64,000 nucleotides of DNA from Gemmatimonadaceae bacterium. GTDB taxonomy: Bacteria > Gemmatimonadota > Gemmatimonadetes > Gemmatimonadales > Gemmatimonadaceae. The notes under the pieces are model-generated. The model saw only the letters and a program-made list of their open reading frames with translations, did no database searches and had not been told where the DNA came from. How positions within the stretch are numbered: the first letter of the stretch is position 1; each line of letters begins with the position of its first letter. Shown here piece after piece: positions 59,495 through 64,000 of this stretch. The position numbers and the translations under genes were made by a program. Location of the stretch: positions 64,001 to 128,000 of the forward strand of contig JBBDYC010000017.1 in assembly GCA_040901985.1 (NCBI GenBank), written 5' to 3'.

Positions 59495-61339
59495 ATGCCC
59501 GAGTTTTTCTCCGAGCCCCGAATCACCGTCCTCTCGCGTCCGGCCTTTGCCGAACCCAGCCACCTCCCCGTGAACTGGCTGGGCCCGAGCACCGACGGCG
59601 AGCGGCTTGCCGAGTTCGCCGGCCGGCTCTGCTATATGAGCCAGAAGAATCCTGCCAGCCGCGAAACGCGGGAGTATCTCGAGAACATCAAAAAGCAGGG
59701 GCACGGCTCGGTGCTGGAGCACGCCAACTACTCACTGCTGCTTGAAGGCGTCTCACGGTCGCTCACGCACGAGTTGGTGCGGCACCGGGCGGGATTCGCC
59801 TACTGCTTGGACGGCGACACGTTGATTTACAGCGAACGGAAGGCATCAGGGCGGCGCAATGGCCCGACCAAGCGTCGCCTCAAGGATCTCTTCGCGATGA
59901 CGCTGAGTCCGCACGGACGTTCACGCCTCAAGCTCCTGCGACTGCGGTGTCTTGATGAAGCGACCGGGACGTTCACGACGGGGAAGGTGAAGGCGGTCAT
60001 CCGGTCGGGAATGAAGCCCGTCTTCACGGTGACACTCGAGGACGGCAAGACGATCACCTGCACGAAGGACCATCGTTTCCTGACGCCTGAGGGATGGCAG
60101 CGGCTCGAGGACGCGGTCGGCGGTCTTCGGATGAGCGCCGGCGGACTCGCAGTGGCTGGCCGGCTCGGGGGCGAACTGCTCGTCAACGGGGAGCTTGCGT
60201 ATCGCGACCGCGCCTGGCTGGAGGAGCAGTACGTCGCGCGTGCGTTCAGTCAGGAGAGCATCGCCCAGATGGCGGGCGTTTCAGCGCATACGGTCCGCGC
60301 GTGGATCAGGAAGCACGGACTGCAGAAGCCGCCGGGCTCGTGGTCGCGCGGACGGCGCCCGTGGAACGCGGGTATTCGGTATGTAGCCGGCTGGCGGCAC
60401 TTGTCGGTCACGAAGGCACTGCTCGCTGCCGCCAAGCGAGGCGAGAACAATCCGCAGTGGAGGGGCGGGATCACCCGGCACGCGGTGCAGCTTCGACAGG
60501 CGACGAACAGCCTCCGTGCCGAGGTGTTTGCGCGCGACGCGCACGCCTGCCGGCTTTGCGGTGTACGCGGTGGCCGCCTGACCCTGCACCACATCCTTCC
60601 ACTCTGGTCACGTCCCGACCTCGCAGCCGACGCGGCCAACCTCGCGACCGTGTGCAGCCGTTGCCATTCGGGCCGGGTGAACGGGCACGAGCTGGAGTTT
60701 GTCGAACGGCTCGGCCGTTCCCTCTCGGAGCTTGCTGCCCTGGGCGCCCGGGCGCGCGGTGGCGGACGCGTCCTCGTCCCGCGGCGACGGCGGATCGTAT
60801 CCGTGGAATACGCCGGCGAGCGCGACACCTATGACATCGAGATGGATGGGTCAAACCACAATTTCGTGGCGAATGGAATCGTCACCCACAACTCCCAGCT
60901 GAGCCAACGCTACGTGGACGAGTCCCACGCCGCGTTCGTGATTCCGCCGGCCATCCTCGGCGACGACGCCCTCGTCGCCGCGTGGACCGCGCAGATCGAG
61001 GCGGCGCAGGCGACGTATGTGGCGCTCGTCGAGAAGCTGATGGACCGCTACAAGTGGGTGGACGACAAGGTCCACCGGCGGAAGATGGCGCGCGAGGCGG
61101 CGCGCGGCGTGCTGCCGAACTCGACCGAGACGAAGATCGTCGTGACCGGGAACGCGCGCGCCTGGCGCACGATGCTCGAACTCCGGTCGAGCGAGGGAGC
61201 CGAGTTCGAGATCCGACGGATGGCGATTGCGGTGCTGCGGGTCCTGCAGGCGGAGGCGCCCGGATTCTTCAGCGACTTCGAGTTCTATATGGCCGCCGAC
61301 CGCGCAGAAGCCGCGCGGATCGCGTACCACAAGGTGTGA
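59495..61339 (+). CDS. thyX: Flavin-dependent thymidylate synthase precursor containing an intein
   Basis: GHGSVLEH, ELVRHR...SQLSQRY split by an insertion, REAARGVLP and NARAW. Confidence 0.95.
   Translation: MPEFFSEPRITVLSRPAFAEPSHLPVNWLGPSTDGERLAEFAGRLCYMSQKNPASRETREYLENIKKQGHGSVLEHANYSLLLEGVSRSLTHELVRHRAGFAYCLDGDTLIYSERKASGRRNGPTKRRLKDLFAMTLSPHGRSRLKLLRLRCLDEATGTFTTGKVKAVIRSGMKPVFTVTLEDGKTITCTKDHRFLTPEGWQRLEDAVGGLRMSAGGLAVAGRLGGELLVNGELAYRDRAWLEEQYVARAFSQESIAQMAGVSAHTVRAWIRKHGLQKPPGSWSRGRRPWNAGIRYVAGWRHLSVTKALLAAAKRGENNPQWRGGITRHAVQLRQATNSLRAEVFARDAHACRLCGVRGGRLTLHHILPLWSRPDLAADAANLATVCSRCHSGRVNGHELEFVERLGRSLSELAALGARARGGGRVLVPRRRRIVSVEYAGERDTYDIEMDGSNHNFVANGIVTHNSQLSQRYVDESHAAFVIPPAILGDDALVAAWTAQIEAAQATYVALVEKLMDRYKWVDDKVHRRKMAREAARGVLPNSTETKIVVTGNARAWRTMLELRSSEGAEFEIRRMAIAVLRVLQAEAPGFFSDFEFYMAADRAEAARIAYHKV
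59804..60892 (+). mobile_element. Intein (363 aa) with HNH homing endonuclease
   Basis: Block A CLDGDT, block B TKDHRF, blocks F/G TYDIEM...NFVANGIVTHN followed by Ser+1; CRLCG...HHI...N...CSRCH. Confidence 0.95.
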
Positions 61340-61370
61340 GGTCACGCGGCGGCAAGCCGTCCTGACCCGT

Positions 61371-63458
61371 CTACTCCGCCCCCAGCTCCTTCGTCACCTT
61401 CGCCACCACCTCCGCCGGCGCCTGCTCGAATCCGTGCATCCGGTAGCGCACCGTCCCGTACCCGTGCGTGAGGCTCTGCAGGCGCGTCGCGTAGAGATGC
61501 AGCTCGGCCATCGGGACCACCGCCTTGACCACCGCGCCCGACGTTTCCTCCGCCGGCTCGGTCCCGATGATGTGTCCGCGGCGGCCGGAGAGATCCCCCA
61601 TCACGTCGCCGAGGTAGGCGTCGGGCGTGAACACCTCCACCGTCATCAGCGGCTCCAGCAGCACCGGCCGGGCCTTCGGCGCCAGCGTCTTGAAGGCGAG
61701 GATTCCCGCCATCCTGAACGACGCCTCGTTCGAGTCCACCGAGTGGTATGAACCGTCGAAGCATTCGACCTCGAAGTCCACCATCGGGTAGCCGGCGAGC
61801 ACCCCGCGTTCGGCCGCCTCCTGCACGCCCTTGTCCACCGCCGGGACGTACTGCCGCGGGATGACGCCGCCGGTGATCTTGTCCACGAACCGGTACCCGG
61901 TACCGCGCGCAGCGGGGCGAATGCGGATCCAGCAGTCCCCGAATTGCCCCTTGCCGCCGGTCTGCTTCTTGTGCCGCCCCTGTCCCTCGGCCGCACCGAG
62001 GAGTGTCTCGCGATACGGCACGCGCGGCGCCCGGAGCGCGGCCTTCACGCCGAACTGCCGTTCGAGCCGCGCCAACGCCACCTCGAGATGTCGCTCCCCC
62101 ATCCCCTCGATGATTGTCTCGTGGGTCTCGGCCTCGAAGTGGGTCTGGATCGTCGGGTCCTCGTCGTGCAGGCGATGCAGCCCGGCCTGGAGCTTCTCCT
62201 CGTCGGCCCGCGCGGTGGCCTCGATCGCGAACGATACCAGGGGATCGGGGAACGGGACCGGCGCCATCCGCACCGGATGCTCCTTGGTCGAGAGCGTGTC
62301 GTTGGTGTGCGTATTGCGCAGCTTCGCCACGCAGCCGATGTCGCCCGGATGCAGGCACGACACCTCGATCCGCTCCTTCCCCTGCGTCACCGCAAGGTGC
62401 GACAGCTTCTCCGGCGTCGAGCGGGTGGCGTTGAAGACCTCCTGGCCGTTGTTGACGGTTCCGCTGAACGTCCGGAAGTACGACACCTCGCCGACGTGCG
62501 GCTCGTTGGTCGTCTTGAAGACCAGCGCCGTGAAGGGCGCGTCGGGGCGCGGGTGCACCTCGACGAACTGGTCGCCCTCGGCGCCGCGGAGTCCCTGCTG
62601 CTCCTCCATCTCGTAGGCGTTCGGCATCAGCTGCACGAGCATATCGAGCACCGCCCGTACGCCGTACGTGAGCTGCGACGAGCAGCACATCAGCGGGAAG
62701 AGCTCGGCCCGCTTCATCGCCTCCTTCATTGCCTGCATCTCGTCATCGCCGGCAATCTCCTCGCCGGCAAAGAAGCGCTCGAGCAACTTGTCGTCCGTGG
62801 CCGCGACCGCCTCGACCAGTTCGGCGTGGTAGCGCTCGAAGCGCTCCTGCTCGGCCGCCGGGATCGGCACCTCGTCGTATTCGCCCGCTTTCGTCCCCGG
62901 CCGGAAAAGGTGCGCCTTCTTGGTGAAGAGGTTGATGATCCCGTTGAAGTTGGAGCCGGAGCCGATGGGGATCTCCACCGGCACCACGTTGGGCGTCAGC
63001 CGCTCCTTGATCGAGGCGTATGCCTTGTCGAAGTCGGCGTACTCCTTGTCCATCATCGCGACGACGAAGAGCACGGGGTCCTTCCGCTTGATGGCCTCGC
63101 GGAACATCCGTTCGGTACCGACCTCCACCCCGCCGGTCGCGCCGACCGTGACCAAGGCCCCGTCGGCCGCGACGAGGCCGGCAATCGCGTCGCCCGCGAA
63201 GTCGGCGTACCCAGGGGTGTCGATGAGATTGATCTTGGAGTCGCCCCACTCGGCAAAGGCGCAACCGACGGCGATTGAGTACCCGCGGGCGATCTCCTCG
63301 GCGGAGGTGTCGGTGAGGGTGGTCCCGTCCTTCACCGTGCCGTGTCGTCGCGAAGACCCCGAAACAAAAGCGAGCGCGTCGACCAGTGTGGTCTTCCCGC
63401 TCGCTCCGTGACCGACGACCGCGACGTTCCGGATCTCGGCGCTCTTATACTCCCGCAT
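61371..63458 (-). CDS. Elongation factor G paralogue (EF-G2-like)
   Basis: GHGASGKTT, DTPG, GMGERHL, KKQTGGKGQF and DGSYHSVDS; not next to rpsL/rpsG. Confidence 0.92.
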   Translation of the reverse strand: MREYKSAEIRNVAVVGHGASGKTTLVDALAFVSGSSRRHGTVKDGTTLTDTSAEEIARGYSIAVGCAFAEWGDSKINLIDTPGYADFAGDAIAGLVAADGALVTVGATGGVEVGTERMFREAIKRKDPVLFVVAMMDKEYADFDKAYASIKERLTPNVVPVEIPIGSGSNFNGIINLFTKKAHLFRPGTKAGEYDEVPIPAAEQERFERYHAELVEAVAATDDKLLERFFAGEEIAGDDEMQAMKEAMKRAELFPLMCCSSQLTYGVRAVLDMLVQLMPNAYEMEEQQGLRGAEGDQFVEVHPRPDAPFTALVFKTTNEPHVGEVSYFRTFSGTVNNGQEVFNATRSTPEKLSHLAVTQGKERIEVSCLHPGDIGCVAKLRNTHTNDTLSTKEHPVRMAPVPFPDPLVSFAIEATARADEEKLQAGLHRLHDEDPTIQTHFEAETHETIIEGMGERHLEVALARLERQFGVKAALRAPRVPYRETLLGAAEGQGRHKKQTGGKGQFGDCWIRIRPAARGTGYRFVDKITGGVIPRQYVPAVDKGVQEAAERGVLAGYPMVDFEVECFDGSYHSVDSNEASFRMAGILAFKTLAPKARPVLLEPLMTVEVFTPDAYLGDVMGDLSGRRGHIIGTEPAEETSGAVVKAVVPMAELHLYATRLQSLTHGYGTVRYRMHGFEQAPAEVVAKVTKELGAE

Positions 63459-63577
63459 GGGACACCCTCCTCCCGCCAGCTGACGGGCGTATCAGGGGCA
63501 TCCACCATGCCACCCGGAACGGGGAGCGTCATGTCAGGGCCGGCTGCCGTCCGGAGCCGGCTCCGGGTCCGAGCCCC

Positions 63578-63608
63578 GGCCGACGTTCGGCCGACGTTCG
63601 GCCGACGT
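63578..63608. repeat. 11-bp tandem repeat GGCCGACGTTC, about 2.8 copies
   Basis: Read directly from the sequence; intergenic. Confidence 0.7.
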
Positions 63609-63610
63609 GC

Positions 63611-64000
63611 CTAGGCCTCGTCGGAGAAGTTGTCGGCGTCGGCCTCGCGGAGCATCGCCAGCATATCGGACGTCCGCGTTGCCACGGCGCAGGCGAGCTG
63701 GAAGGTCAGCGCCCGGCGGGTCCCCTCGGGCCAGTCCGGCATCAGGAGGCCGGCGAGCAGCCGCCGGATTCCCTGGCCTCCCTCGGTCAGGAGGTCGGCG
63801 GCGGTCTCGCGCAGCACCGTGAAGGGGATCGAGAGCTCGCGGCGGATCAGCTCCCCGGTGTCCCGGTCGCGCCACGCCGTGTCGCCCACCGCTCCAGTCG
63901 CCTCGGACACCGTCAGCTCACGCGACGCGCTGGCGACTCCGGCGGCCACCTTGCGGGCCTCGAGCGCGGCCGCCAGCGCGAGGGCGAGCGACTCCGGCGT
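63611..64000 (-). CDS. Hypothetical protein, 5' end outside window
   Basis: Frame open to the window edge. Confidence 0.55.
   Translation of the reverse strand, partial: TPESLALALAAALEARKVAAGVASASRELTVSEATGAVGDTAWRDRDTGELIRRELSIPFTVLRETAADLLTEGGQGIRRLLAGLLMPDWPEGTRRALTFQLACAVATRTSDMLAMLREADADNFSDEA

Noticed and set aside
1..64000. tRNA, rRNA, CRISPR array, integron integrase, further attC sites
   Set aside because: None recognised by eye; degenerate copies could have been missed without covariance searches

Overview
GC-rich bacterial chromosome segment. Gene content and style resemble Gemmatimonadota; this is an impression from the sequence, not a database result. The core regions are a caa3-type cytochrome oxidase operon, dacB, housekeeping and metabolic genes, three amidohydrolases, gyrA, sucB-lpdA, an ECF sigma factor, rnhA, squalene synthase, an intein-split thyX and an EF-G paralogue. 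They flank an accessory block at about 12.1-35.6 kb. That block has two parts. (i) A ~5 kb island bounded by a duplicated 3' end of an RND gene; it carries a subtilase lipoprotein gene broken by IS256 and by a G10 frameshift. (ii) A two-permease RND exporter, five paralogous secreted GRxGxGPGE beta-propeller proteins, a carboxypeptidase-regulatory-like protein, and a small six-cysteine secreted peptide gene followed by a strong hairpin and DsbA. Scattered through part (ii) are a solitary attC-like site, nested IS3 ends and an IS5. The best candidate for an undescribed system is the Cys-rich peptide / DsbA / beta-propeller / RND locus. Also notable are the HNH-type intein in the ThyX active-site motif and two homopolymer frameshifts that separate signal peptides from their enzymes. 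All calls come from motif reading by eye; no searches were run.
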